A DNA stretch of 63,745 nucleotides, filler included. It is 13 parts of 13 records of this genome, joined end to end, with 100 filler letters (N's around TTAATTAATTAA, not from the genome) between each part and the next. Parts side by side here need not be neighbours in the genome. Positions count along the whole stretch, not along the records: positions 1 to 7,636 come from SRR7504441_6010; positions 7,737 to 13,341 come from SRR7504441_6014; 11 more parts are not named here. One strand, 5' to 3'. The notes below the pieces were generated by a model. The model had not been told where the DNA came from. It did not search any database and saw nothing but the letters and a program-made list of their open reading frames with translations. Shown here one piece after another: positions 1-11,275 of this stretch; the first letter of the stretch is position 1, and each line of letters begins with the position of its first letter. The position numbers were made by a program, and so were the translations under genes.

Positions 1-3000
1 GTGGAGCAGCTGGAGCACGCCGAGTCCCAGCTCAGTACAGCAGCCTCAGCCCAGTCATCCGGAGTTGGCACTCTCACTGTTGCTCTCGTACCTGACTCTC
101 CTGCACTTGAGATGCTGACAGCATTTCAGTTGCTCGAAGCAATACAGGACTTGACCAGTGAGCCTGTGCACTTGGCCGAGGTTGGCGCGGATAGCATCAC
201 AGTATATTCGCTTGGGGAGCTTGACCCGGCTCTAGAGCAAGAATTGGTTGGGCATGCGCTCCCAGTGCCAACCAAAGCTGACCAAGCGCGTACTGTCATA
301 GTCGATACAGCTAGTATGAGCCCGCTGCCGCCCAGCAGGCTGGTCAGCATGCTTGAGGAGCACAGCCAGAAGGTGGCTGCTGAGCTCTGCAGCATGCATG
401 ACAAGCTAGCCAATCTCGCGCAAAGTTTGCTCTCGTGTCAAGAGCAACTGGAAGTCGAAAGAGAAAACCGATGCCAAACTGAGAGCGAGCTCTGCAGTAA
501 AGCTGAGAAAGTGCTGATGCTCGAAACGGCTGCAGCCACCCATGCCGAGCAGCAGGAGTCGTATGAGGAGCTCACACAGCTGTGTGCGAGCCTAGAGGCC
601 AGTCACATGGCCATCAATGAAGAGCTCACCCAAGAGCGAAGGAAACAAGAGCAGGCTGCTTCCCAGTGGGCACAGGAACGAAGCGAACTTCTGGCATCGA
701 GTGACCTCCTAGCGACCCTTGAGGGCCATGCAGAGGAGCTGCAGGGCGAGCTGGATCGAGTGCAGGTCTTGCTGAGAGGTGAGACAGAGGAGAATGGCCA
801 GCTCGCTGCGCAGCTGGAGGCGGTGCAGGCCGAGATGGGGATGCTGCAGAAGCAATCAGCAGAGTTGCAAAGGGAGGCTTGTGCACTGCGGATGGAGACT
901 GAAGAGGCCGACCAGCTGCATGCGGCCACCTGTTCAGGCGCACAGCAAATGAAGCAAAGATTAGTACAAACCAGCAACGAACTCAGAGTGGTGCGGGCAG
1001 AGGCAGGAGAGGCGGCCCAGGCTGTGGTTCAGCTGGAGAAAACGGTTGAAGCTGCTGATTCAGCCGCTGAGAAGCAGCAGAAGCATAGTGAGCAGATGGA
1101 GCAGCATGCAGCCGAGCTGGAAATGCGCTTGCAGGAGGCAGCAGAGGAGGTAATGGCGGCCACGACAGAGGCAGATCAGCTTCGGGAGCTGATAGGAGCC
1201 GCGGGAGGAGTGGATGGGCTTATGGCTGTGGCTCAAAGGTTCCAAACTTGTGTTGAAGAAGGCGAGATTACTGCAGGCGAGCTGCAGCGGTGCCAGGAGG
1301 ACAAGCAGGGACTGCAGGATACGGTCTCACAGCTGCAGGGCGAGCTGGAACAGATGAAAACATTGCTGACAGCTGAAACAGACGCAAATGGCCAGCTTAC
1401 AGAGGAGCTGGAGGCAGTGCCAGGCAAGATGAGAGGGCTACAGAAAGAATCAGCAGAGCTACAAAGAGAGACTGACGCACTGAGGATGGAAAGTGTCCAG
1501 GCAAAAAGCCAAGTCAAAGGGCTAAAGGTGCGACTTTTAGAGGCATCTGATGAGAGCAAGTTGTCTCGTAAGGAGATTGACGAGCTGCAAGCGCAGCTGC
1601 GCGACGCAAATGCAGCCACGGACGAGGTTGCCAGGATGCTGGCAGAGCTGCAGGCCCCAGCCAGTCACAGAGAGCTGAGTGCTCTACAAGAGTCTCTCGA
1701 TCAGGCAATCGCGCAGAAGAGCGAGCTGGAGGATAAGCTCAAAATCGCACAGGAGGAGGTCGAGAGCCTGCGAGAGATAGTCGAGGAGCAGAGTCAGCTC
1801 AGGCTGGACGCGGAGGGACGGCTTGACGCTGCAGTGACGATGTGCGAGAGCCTGGAGGCTGAGCTGCAGGTCAAGGCGCAGAATGAATTAGATTTGAGTA
1901 GGCGGCTGGAAGCGTCAGAGTTGAGCGCCTCACAGGCGTTGCACAAGCAGCAGGAACTGCATGAAGTGGCTCTGCACGCGTCAGGCGAGGCCGGTCAGCT
2001 AGAGAGGCAGCTATCCGAGTTTTCTTCAGCCGGATGGGTCAGCGAGATAGCGCAGCTGCTGCTCGAGCCGGTCCACAGCTGGCTCACCCAGCTTGACTCT
2101 CTCACTGCCGCTGGCTGCGATCTGCTTGAGGCGCTTGAAAGCAATGAAGTGAGCTCCACCGAAAGTTTAGTCAAGAGTCGGGTGCCAGTGCAACGGATGC
2201 TCGCGCTTCTGGATGGCCAGGATCTGGACCTCTCGGACCCTGAGACACGCACAACACTCAGGTTGCTGTGGCGCGATGCCTCGGCAACAATGGATGCTGA
2301 CATCAAGGCTCTCACGTGTAGGAGTGAAGCTACCACAGACCTAGCTAAGCGCTGGGTTGAGGACACAGGAGGGCTTGCTGCTGTACAAGATGAGATGCGT
2401 CAGCTGAAGATTGAGTGGCATCGGAAGAACACCGAGTTCGAGCGTCTTCAGAGCACCAGCCAGGCGCAGGAGTTGCGGATGAGCAGCGCGGAGATGGCAT
2501 TGAGTAGGACCGAGCACGAGCTTGGGGCTCTGTGTGAGCAGTTTGGAGAACCTGGCACGCATGGAGCCAGTGTGCAGTTGCTTGCTCGACTCAAGGCACT
2601 GCTGAGCAGTCGCTCAGAGGAAGTTCAACACGGCAACTCCGGTGTCAGTGCGGGACCAAGGAGCAGTGCGATGCTGGAGCTGCACCGTGTGGAGCAGCAG
2701 CTGCTGCTGCTGACAGAGGCTCTGGCAGTGGAGGCGCCGCCAGAAGGGGTGGCTTCGTGGATTGGGCCGCTGGTGACTGAGCTGCAAGGCGCCCACCAGC
2801 GGCTGGTGAGTGTCTGCAACCAGTCAGCTGCGCCGCAGATGCGCCGAGCTCTAGCTAAGATGCTCGGTGTGCGCCAACACACGATAGCTGTCACGTGCAT
2901 TGCGCGCTGGCATGCGCGAAGCGCAACAAGGGCAGCACTGGCTGAATCCTTCTCGCAATCGGCCTCAGGGCTGATGGCTGCCGTGCGTTCGGAGCGAACG

Positions 3001-4021
3001 GCATGTGCAGCCCGTCGATTGATTGCTGTTAGCACGCAGCATGCCTCGAACTCACTGCTCTCTGCAGTATTGGTGTGGGCTAATCAGTCCAAAGGTACGC
3101 TCTTGAGTCAGTTTGGCGCCTCGGTGCTGTATCACGAACAAGTGACCAACAGCGACCCTCCGGAGACCAGTGTTAAACCTGCACACTGCATTGCGCGCTG
3201 GAAATGGGGGAAGGACATTGCCACCTCTTCGAGCCTGTGCCGCTCTTTGATGGCGCAAGCTGCCACGACGTACACACCCGAGCAGATCAGAGCAGCGATG
3301 CCTCCAGGCTCTCTCAAGTCTTCTTTTGACTTGCTAAGCTCCCTCTACGATACGAAGCAGTCAGAGCAGCATAATTTGCCTGACGAATCGGAGGCCACTT
3401 TTACACTATCAGCAACTATCGGCAGCGTTCAAAACTCGCCCCTTCTGCCAATCCAGCTCAGCACCTCCTTTTCCTCTGTCGCCACTCCCGGCCGTAAGCA
3501 GGAAGCCAATGCATCGGCTGGAGCAGCGAGGAGTGCCATTACGCCGCTGCACTTGCCAGCAGCCTCGGCATCATCGTCTGACCAGTCGGTCCATTCGACT
3601 GGCCCGTACAACTCAATCGTGGCAGTGCAGCACGGCATCAGTGAGGTGCCCTGCTGCGATGTTAGGTCACTGATGTGCGTGCCACAGGTCCAAAAGGCGC
3701 TGCGGAAATCGCTCGACATGTCCAATAATACCAGTGCCTGCCGAGCCAGCTGCAGGCCATCACCGGGTGGCAGGTCCTGCATCGGATCCCTCGCAGAGTC
3801 GGCTGGATTCAAAGTACTGGCAGGCTACGTCCACCAAACTGGAGGCCGAGAGTAGAATGGACTCCAAATACTTGCAAGGAGCTGAGGGGCTTGTTGAATC
3901 GTCTACGTCCGACTGGCACAATTCAGAGGAATGGCTCAACCAAAAACTAATGGTGCAAGTCATGCGAGATTATGAGGAGGTCATTTCAAAGCTCAGAGAG
4001 CAACTACATGTATTTGCTTGA
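1..4021 (+). CDS. Large coiled-coil protein (5'-partial)
   Basis: Long E/Q/L/A heptad-rich ORF 1..3855. Two short GT-AG introns near 3646-3770 join it to the frame of ORF 3734..4021. It has an internal ~55-aa duplication (~736-900 vs ~1330-1490). Confidence 0.7.
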
Positions 4022-4242
4022 TCGCGTGATCGCGAAAGTATTGCATCTAGTGATGGCATTGTATCGGCTACAATAGAAGCCAATTGCAAGACTTAGTGAG
4101 TACTTAGTGAGTGGATCTACGGTGAGTACAATGTACATGTACGATCATGATTGGGATAATTATCATGACATTGTACGTACAAGTCAATGACAATCATGTA
4201 GAGCGCAAAATTAATGTTAAAAATGCTTAGATATTTTGAAAA

Positions 4243-4315
4243 CACTAACAATTTTCCACGGGTTGGCATCAACCATTGGTTGTTTGTGCCAATCCACTTC
4301 ATCCATCGTTAAGTG
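4243..4315 (-). promoter_or_regulatory. Type II SECIS element in the 3' UTR of the deiodinase-like gene
   Basis: Minus strand reads CACTTAACGAT-GG-ATGAA-GTGGATTGGCA-CAAA-CAACC-AAT-GGTTG-A-TGCCAACCCGT-GGAA-A-ATTGTTAGTG. This gives helix I, an AUGA/GA core, an 11-position helix II, an unpaired AAA and an apical mini-helix. Confidence 0.88.
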
Positions 4316-4371
4316 CTCTTCAGTACTAAATCCACCAAGCTCGTATTCTTATCAATCGGATGGAACCAGCT

Positions 4372-5399
4372 CTACACATCTGGCAATTTCATTTGGAGCC
4401 ATCGGTCAATCTCCATCATATCATAGGCTCCATTCGTCGGCATTGCAATGTGTTCGATCCGCCCGTTATCAATCAAGTGGAAGCGTAGAGGCCACGAGGC
4501 ATAGGTCTGATCGTACTCATTCTCCTCACAATCAAGCACGGTAGGCAGCTTGATCCCCAGCGCTGCCACACAGTCCGCTGCAGCCACCACCCGATCCGCA
4601 GTGGTCTTGTGCTGGTTCACTGCCACTACCGGCGCCCCAATCGGCCACTCGTCCTCGGCGTGAGCTTCAGCGATGTATACCAGAAGGAACTGCACTCCTG
4701 CGGGAGTGTAGCGAGCACGCAGGGCCTCCAAGTGGCCGTGGTGCTCGCGGAACGGGGGTCAGGTGTGCGAACCGCCCAGCAGCACCACCGGGCAGTCCTG
4801 CTTGACCAGATCGCACAGCCGCAGCTCTTCGGCCCCGTCCGCGCTCAGCACTTTACAGTCCGCCACCGCGTCGCCTGAAGCCACCAGTCAGCCCCCGGCG
4901 CGATTGGCAGGCGCACCCGGATTCAGATGGCCCTTCTTGCACCGGTTGTGCCGCACGTAGTGCGGGATCGCGTGCAGCGCGTCGTCGTCCGGGAAGAGCG
5001 ACACGGCGCTTCTGATTAGCTCGACCCCCAGTTTGGGCTCCACCTGCCGCCGCTCGCCGCCGCCCAGCCCGGGAGAGGCACCCCGAACTCCCGGCTGGCC
5101 CGCTGCTGCAGCAGGGTGACGTAGTCGTTGAACGCCGTGTGGTCCTCTCCGATCGCGGCGAAGCAGCGCTGGCCGAGGGCCGACAGCCGGAGCTCGTCCT
5201 CGCGCCGGAGCATGTCGGCGAGGATCGCCCGGATCTCCGGCTTGGAGAGCTGCTGCATCGCGGCCATGTCCAGGTGCGGCGGCCGGGCCGGGTCGACGCA
5301 CGGCGTATCGAAGGTCAGCTTCGTCGGCACCGCCAGGCTCGCCAACCACTGCTCATCGGACGCCCCGGGCTGGGCGACGCCCTCCTCCAGGACCACCAT
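4372..5399 (-). CDS. Iodothyronine deiodinase-like selenoprotein, 315 aa, Sec at codon 187
   Basis: Exons 5399-5082, 5043-4917 and 4874-4372, with GT-AG introns of 38 and 42 nt. In-frame TGA at 4759-4761 in PVVLLGGSHT-U-PPF, followed by FLLVYIAEAHAEDEW, HKTTADR and YASWPLRF. SECIS lies downstream. Confidence 0.9.
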
Positions 5400-5477
5400 G
5401 CCGCCCTGATCAGGCCTGATGATGATTGTCGTTGGCCGGTTCCAGTTGTTGTGCTCGGCCGGTAACCCATCTCAGCC

Positions 5478-6926
5478 ATGTCTGGAGCCGAGGACGCGAG
5501 CCTGCTGTACCTCCTGTTCGGGTTTGTGTTCCTGATCGACCTGCTCAACTTGCTCGCCTGGTGCGGGCTCGAGACCCCACGCAACGTGCTCCGCAAGATC
5601 AGCTGCTACAAGCGCGGGTGCCGCCCTCCGCCCGGCTTGGCCCGATCGGCGGCGGCAGCTGGCAGCACCTGTTCTTCTCCAACTCGCAGAAGTTCAAGCC
5701 GAAGGTCGTGGGCACCGACCCGGGAAAACGCAACTGGTACGCCCGCGCCCCCCTCTGGCCCGCCAGCGGCCGGGGCTCAGGCCCGAGCCGCCCAAGGCCT
5801 CCGGCAAGGAGGAGATGAAGGAGATCTGGGTCAACCGGCGCCGGCTGATCCTGATCCGGCACGGCGAGTCCGAGTGGAACAAGGTATTCAACCGCGGGAT
5901 CGACAAGGGCAAGACGCTCATCCGGATCTTCCTCTACCCGATCTTGGAGCTGCTCAAGTTTCCGCTGCCCGACTCTTACTTCTATGACTCGCCTCTGAGC
6001 GACCTCGGGATCGAGCAGTGCCAGGAGTTGGCCCGGTTCGTGGAAAAGACCGAGGACGTGGACCAGGGCCAGGGCTCAGATTGGACGGTGATGATCCGCT
6101 CGCCCCGGTCTGACCCGCCCCGGCAGCGCGATGCGCGCGATCTGCGTGGCATGTCCGGCACCCGCTCGATCGTGGTCTGCTCCCAGCTGCGCCGGGCCGT
6201 CAGCACCGCCGTGTTCAGCCTGTGGCCCCGGCTGCAGCGGACTGGGTGCGCCCAGCCCCGGCCAGCAGCCGAGCCGCCGGCAGCGAAAACGTGCTCCTGC
6301 TGTCTTCGCTGATGGAGCAAAGCCGCAACTTCGACTGCGTGCCGCTCTCGTCCCCGCAGGAGGTGTTCGGGCGGCTGGGCGGCGGTGACTTGGCACAGGT
6401 TCCGCCTCTGCCAGACTTGGACGCCGCTCTCACCAAGAGTGGGTACACCCGCGACATGTTTGATGCAGCCGGTGCGGGCCGAGCTAGAAGCCGCCCACCG
6501 TCCGGGCAGGCAACATGGGCGACAAGCCAGTCAAGTGCCCAACCAAGGAGCGTGGCTACCGGCGGATGCTCGACTTCGTAGAGTTCTGCTTCCAACCCAA
6601 CCTGGAGAGGACCACCGTGATCGCCGTGGGCCACTCGCTCTACTTCCGCAACTTCTTCCGTTGCTTCCTGGACCACAGCCTGATGGAGAAGTCGCCGGCC
6701 TGCATCTACAAGCTCAAGAACGCCGCGTGTGTGCGTCGGGCGGCTGGTGGCTGGGGTTATCTGCGGGTCAGGTCGGGATCACGCTGCAGCGGCAGGTGGA
6801 CCCACAGACCCGGAGCTACATCTACCGGTAGGCGGGCGGCGGGGGGGTGGGGCTGACTCGGCTGGCAGGATCATGCCGGACGAGATCGATGAGCTGCACC
6901 CCGTTGGGAATGTTTTCAAGAGGTAG
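5478..6926 (+). CDS. Histidine phosphatase / phosphoglycerate mutase-like protein, multi-intron, with N-terminal hydrophobic segment
   Basis: LILIRHGESEWN, DSPLSDLG, SQLRRAVST and AVGHS motifs, spread over exons separated by ~40-nt GT-AG introns. Confidence 0.8.
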
Positions 6927-7178
6927 GAGGGCTCCCGGAGGATGCGCTGCACCCCGTTGCTGACTCAGGCAGAATGATGCGAGTCGGACCACGGCGGTCA
7001 GTTCCCGCATACGAGTATACAAGACGAGCATGTCGAGATTGAGCGAAATGCCTCGAAATGCCAAATGATTGACTTCTCGCGCCAAGATTCATCAAAATAA
7101 ATGGATTTTGTATTCAAAATAAATGGATTCTATATGAATTTTACATGCACTCAGCCCAGCTTTCACCGGTGGGGCCGA

Positions 7179-7636
7179 TCACTCAAACTTGCGGTATGCA
7201 GCCATCTCGTCCAACACCTCCTGCAATTGCTCGTCCTGCACCCGAGCCGTCAGGGCAACCGGCCGGGCCGCCGGGCCTGCATCTTGGTCTGGAGCGACTT
7301 GATTAGCGTGCGGGCCTCCTCGGCGTCGCATGGGCACAGATTGCACAGCTGGGTGACTTCGAAGTTGGTCAGGCCGTACTCTTCCTTCTTGCTCTGCATC
7401 AACCTACCGCCCGCCCTCCAGCCCGCTCGAGCAGCCCGGCTCACTCGCGCACACGGCCCAGGCTTTCGGCCTCGAAGTGGGCAAACCGGTCCAGGTAGTC
7501 CTTGAACTTGATTTGCATGCTGCCGGCTCCGCTCAGCCCTGGCCGTTCGCCGGCCGCACTCCCGCGCCGGGTCGTCCTCGTCCTTTGTCTCCTCGGAGCC
7601 TGGCGGCAGCTCGGGGCGATGGCCGGTGCCGCGGGG
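7179..7636 (-). CDS. RPB4: RNA polymerase II subunit RPB4 (5'-partial)
   Basis: Spliced product ...FKDYLDRFAHF...LTNFEVTQLCNLCPCDAEEARTLIKSL...DEQLQEVLDEMAAYRKFE*. The last intron (7236-7276) is GC-AG. Confidence 0.8.
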
Positions 7637-7736
7637 NNNNNNNNNNNNNNNNNNNNNNNNNNNNNNNNNNNNNNNNNNNNTTAATTAATTAANNNNNNNN
7701 NNNNNNNNNNNNNNNNNNNNNNNNNNNNNNNNNNNN
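7637..7736. other. Artificial contig spacer (44 N + TTAATTAATTAA + 44 N). Identical spacers start at 13342, 19148, 23949, 28493, 33670, 38439, 43036, 47633, 51052, 54555 and 60083
   Basis: The same 100-bp structure occurs 12 times, and the 12-mer places stops in all six frames. Confidence 0.98.
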
Positions 7737-7821
7737 ACTCTTTTATTTCACTCAAATAAGCCGGTAGAGCTCAAACAATGATCGCTCATTTGAAGCAAGT
7801 CGCTAGTGCATCAATCCGCAC

Positions 7822-9505
7822 TCATTGCGGCGCCACATCCACCTTGATCCCTTTGCGAATCTCTCCCCACCCAATCAGACGCCAATGCTTCTCAACACGG
7901 CGACTAAGCGCGATCTTCTCGCGTTCGGAGGTGCAGACTGGGGTGGTCAGCCCGATCTTGGCCAAGTCTTGCTTGACGGCAATCACCCGGCCTCCAGTCG
8001 AGGTGGAGCCAATGTTGACCATCAGCACCTCGCCCTTGGACAGCTTGGACACCTTGGTCCCCGACTTGCCGTCGCCCTCTGTCTTGACCCCGAGCAGACG
8101 ACGGAGCAAAAAGAAATTGATCTCCAGCTCGTTGAAGATGTCGGGGAGCGAGCCTGGGTCTCCGAGCACCTGCCCGACCAGCCGGTCTGTCCGGGTAAGC
8201 GTCGGGTCGATCTTGGTCCCAACGCCAATCAGACCGCCCGGGACTGCGTACTGCAGCTCGTTCTGCTCAGCAAAGAGCGAAACGATCTGGGCCAGGATCG
8301 GCTGGCAGCGAGGCTTGCCTGCGACAGAGTGAGCACACGACTGAGCCCTGGGCGACTGACCGGACTCTGGGTCCTTTGAGATGATCCCGGGCCTCACCTC
8401 GATCTGCTGGCCCTTCCGGAGAACACCGTGCAGGATTGATCCACCTGCGCCGCGGGCTCTAGAACCAAGCACGGTGCGGCTGACCTGCAACGCCGCCCTG
8501 CAGGTCCTTGACCTCTGCGCCCGGCTTGTTGACGTCGAATGACCGAATCACAATCATCCGGGGGGCGGAGGTGAAGTCGCGCGGAGGGATCGGGATCTGC
8601 AGCCCGCTCGAGGCTGGAGCTAGAGCAGGAGGGCACCTTGTTGGTGATGTACTCGGCCACCACATCCAGGTTGTATTTGAGCTGCGCCGAGATCGGAATG
8701 ATGGGTGCGTTCTCAGCCACAGTGCCCGCCACAAACCGCTCGATGTCCTGGTGCTGGGCTATCGCCTGCTCCTCCTTCACCAAGTCGATCTTGTTCTGCA
8801 GGATCAGTATCTGTCGCAGCTGCATGATCTCCACTGCCGCCAGGTGCTCGGAGGTCTGCGGCTGCGGGCAAGGCTCGTTCCCAGCGATCAGCAGCAGTGC
8901 AGCGTCCATCACAGCGGCCCCGTTCAGCATGGTCGCCATCAAAATATCGTGCCCAGGGCAGTCGACGAACGACACATGCCTGCAGCCAGTGTGACGGTAC
9001 AGCCGCGTGCGCCCCCTAAGGCTGACCTGAGGAGTTCCATGCTGCCCTCACAGTGCGGGCAAGGCGGGTTGTCTTCCATGGCGCTGCCGTAGCTCGCGAA
9101 CGACTGACCGGCCCAGCTCACGCGCTGGCCAGCCGCTGGGCCAGTCACCCCCGGACGGTAGCACTCTGGGTTGAGGCATCGGTATATTTTGGCGTTGGCG
9201 TACCCTAGTTTGATGGTAATGTTACGCTCCAGCTCGCTCTTAAATCGGACAGTCTACCGGCCGGGCTGAGCCGACGCGCCCAGCCGAGGGCGACCTGTAC
9301 GCTGGAGATGCCCTTAACCACTGTCGACTTGCCGTGCGCCACGTGCCCGATCGTACCTGCGCGGCCGCGGTTGGCGCCCGAAGTGCTGCGGCGGGGCACC
9401 GATGTTGATGGTGGCCTGGCGGCTGATCACTTCGGGGGTGATCGGGGTGAGCTTTGAGACGTCCAGGTTGTCGAGCGATTGAACGCTCAGCTTGGCTTTC
9501 ACCAT
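7822..9505 (-). CDS. EIF2S3: Translation initiation factor eIF2 gamma, 8 exons
   Basis: [59 protein letters not shown] and HWRLIGWG. Introns of 43, 41, 45, 47, 40, 40 and 42 nt, all GT-AG. Confidence 0.97.
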
Positions 9506-9657
9506 CGCTGCAGCTGCTCCCTGGTACTGCTGTAGCCTCGAGGTGCGAGCGGGGTGTTTCACTGTAGCTGTCCGTTGTAATCCAGCCCGAGCTTTTTTGG
9601 TACAGTGAGAGGTGCCCCTGCGGCAGACCGCGCTGCGCTGGGGCGGTAGCAGCCGGG

Positions 9658-11073
9658 ATGACACGGCCGGGTGGCGCGAGCCCGAAGCAGACATGCCTGG
9701 CCCGGCCGCAGGTGGTGCACTTTGGCGGCTACCAGCTCCACAGGCGACTGACCAGCTCCGCAGGCCGGCCGTGAGCGCGGGCTGCAGGCCGCACCGGCAG
9801 GTTTGCCGGATCATGAACGGCTCGCTCAAGACCCAGCGGTTCACCATCCACGAGCCGAGCACCAAGTACTTCAAGTCCCGGGTCAAAAAGCTGGTCCGCC
9901 CGCCGTCGGGCCCGGGGCCGACTGGGCGGCAGGGCGGGGTGGCCCCAGGGATGTGGGAGGAGGTGGTGCTAGAGTTCACCCCGGACGAGCACAGGTATTA
10001 CTACGACAGCATACGGGTGGCGGTCGACGGCTGCGAGCCGGTGGTGGTCCCGATACACGCCTATCCGGTGGTCAACACCGCGATGTTCCCGACGGCGATC
10101 GACTTTGGCGAGTGCAGCATCACTCAGACGATGCAGAAGGTGGTCCCGCTATCGTCCAGCGTCCCGATAGAGTTCGAGTTCGAGCTCCGGGTGCTCAAGT
10201 CCAGCGCCTTCTTCGAAGTCTCCCCCATGCAAGGTGGGCTGCCTCCCGCTCGGCCGTGCTCACTGCGTGCGCAGGCATCATCCCAGCCGAAGGGAGCGTG
10301 GACATCACCATAAACTTCCACCCGCTCCAGTTCCAGAGCGCCCAGATGAGCATAGAGCTGCACGTATCGCAGTACGACTTCGAGCCGTTCGTCTGCACGC
10401 TCACTGGAGTCGGGCTGCCGGAGTCGTGCAGCTCAGAGCCGCTCCCGATGCAGCTCGCGCCGCTCGACACCACCCAGCTGAGCCGCACCGTCAAGTGCGA
10501 TACTGCGTCCAAGAGATGCGGCGGCAGCTCGTCACGGTCGCAGGAGCCACAATGTTGCAGGACAGGATGGCCACTCGGCTAGCTGCGCTGCGGGAACACC
10601 TGGCCTCGTTTCACTCGAATGCAGAGATTGCAGATGCAATTGAGCGCAAAGAGTCAGCAGAAGAGGCCGAAGCTGACAAGCCGGCAGAAGACTTTACTGG
10701 CAAGCCCGGGCAGCCCGTGCTGCCTCAGTTCCGAGAACAGGAACTGGGCGCGCCCGATCCTGTAAAGAGCAAGGACCTGTGCTGCTTCGACGACAGCTCC
10801 ACCCTACCGCTCGAAGTGCCCAAGTACTTTAGGCTGATGGGCTATAGTCCACTCCAACCGCCAGGCATAGCCGATGCAGAGGATAACCAGGAAGAAGACC
10901 CTGCATTCACGGCTGCAACCAAGGACATTGTGCATCCATACGAGGAAGATATGAAGTCGCTTGCTCTGAAAATTGTAGGAATTCGTGAGGGTTGGTCGGG
11001 TAGATTGGAGAAAGGATTGTACGAAGTTAACGACGCCATAGTCAATCCGAGATTGAAGCTAAATTTTGGATAG
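9658..11073 (+). CDS. CFAP221: Cilia/flagella central-pair protein CFAP221/PCDP1-like
   Basis: VVHFGGY, EFTPDEHRYYYDSIRV and VPIHAYPV motifs. GC-AG intron at 9744-9787 plus further short introns. Confidence 0.8.
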
Positions 11074-11275
11074 AATCAAGGCATGCAATAAAATCGCTCT
11101 TTTGAAGTTGGCGTAGTCGTGTAACACGGTTGCGGCGCGCGTCGATGTCGGAGGTTTGGGCCTCTAGCTCGATAGAGGTAAGATAGTGGTTAGATTGCAT
11201 AACACTAGTCAGTAGGTCAGTCTTAAGTAAATCTACAGTAAGTCGCCCTTCGGCGAGTCCTCGAGCCCAACCAGC

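Noticed and set aside
4759-4761. In-frame TGA as genome-wide UGA=Trp reassignment or as a pseudogene
   Set aside because: TGA terminates other genes here (RPB4, eIF2-gamma, GH20) and conserved Trp residues use TGG. This TGA sits at the deiodinase Sec position and has a SECIS.
8319-9399. Mini-introns as an introner (transposon-derived) family
   Set aside because: They have similar lengths, but no shared internal sequence or terminal repeats are visible between introns.
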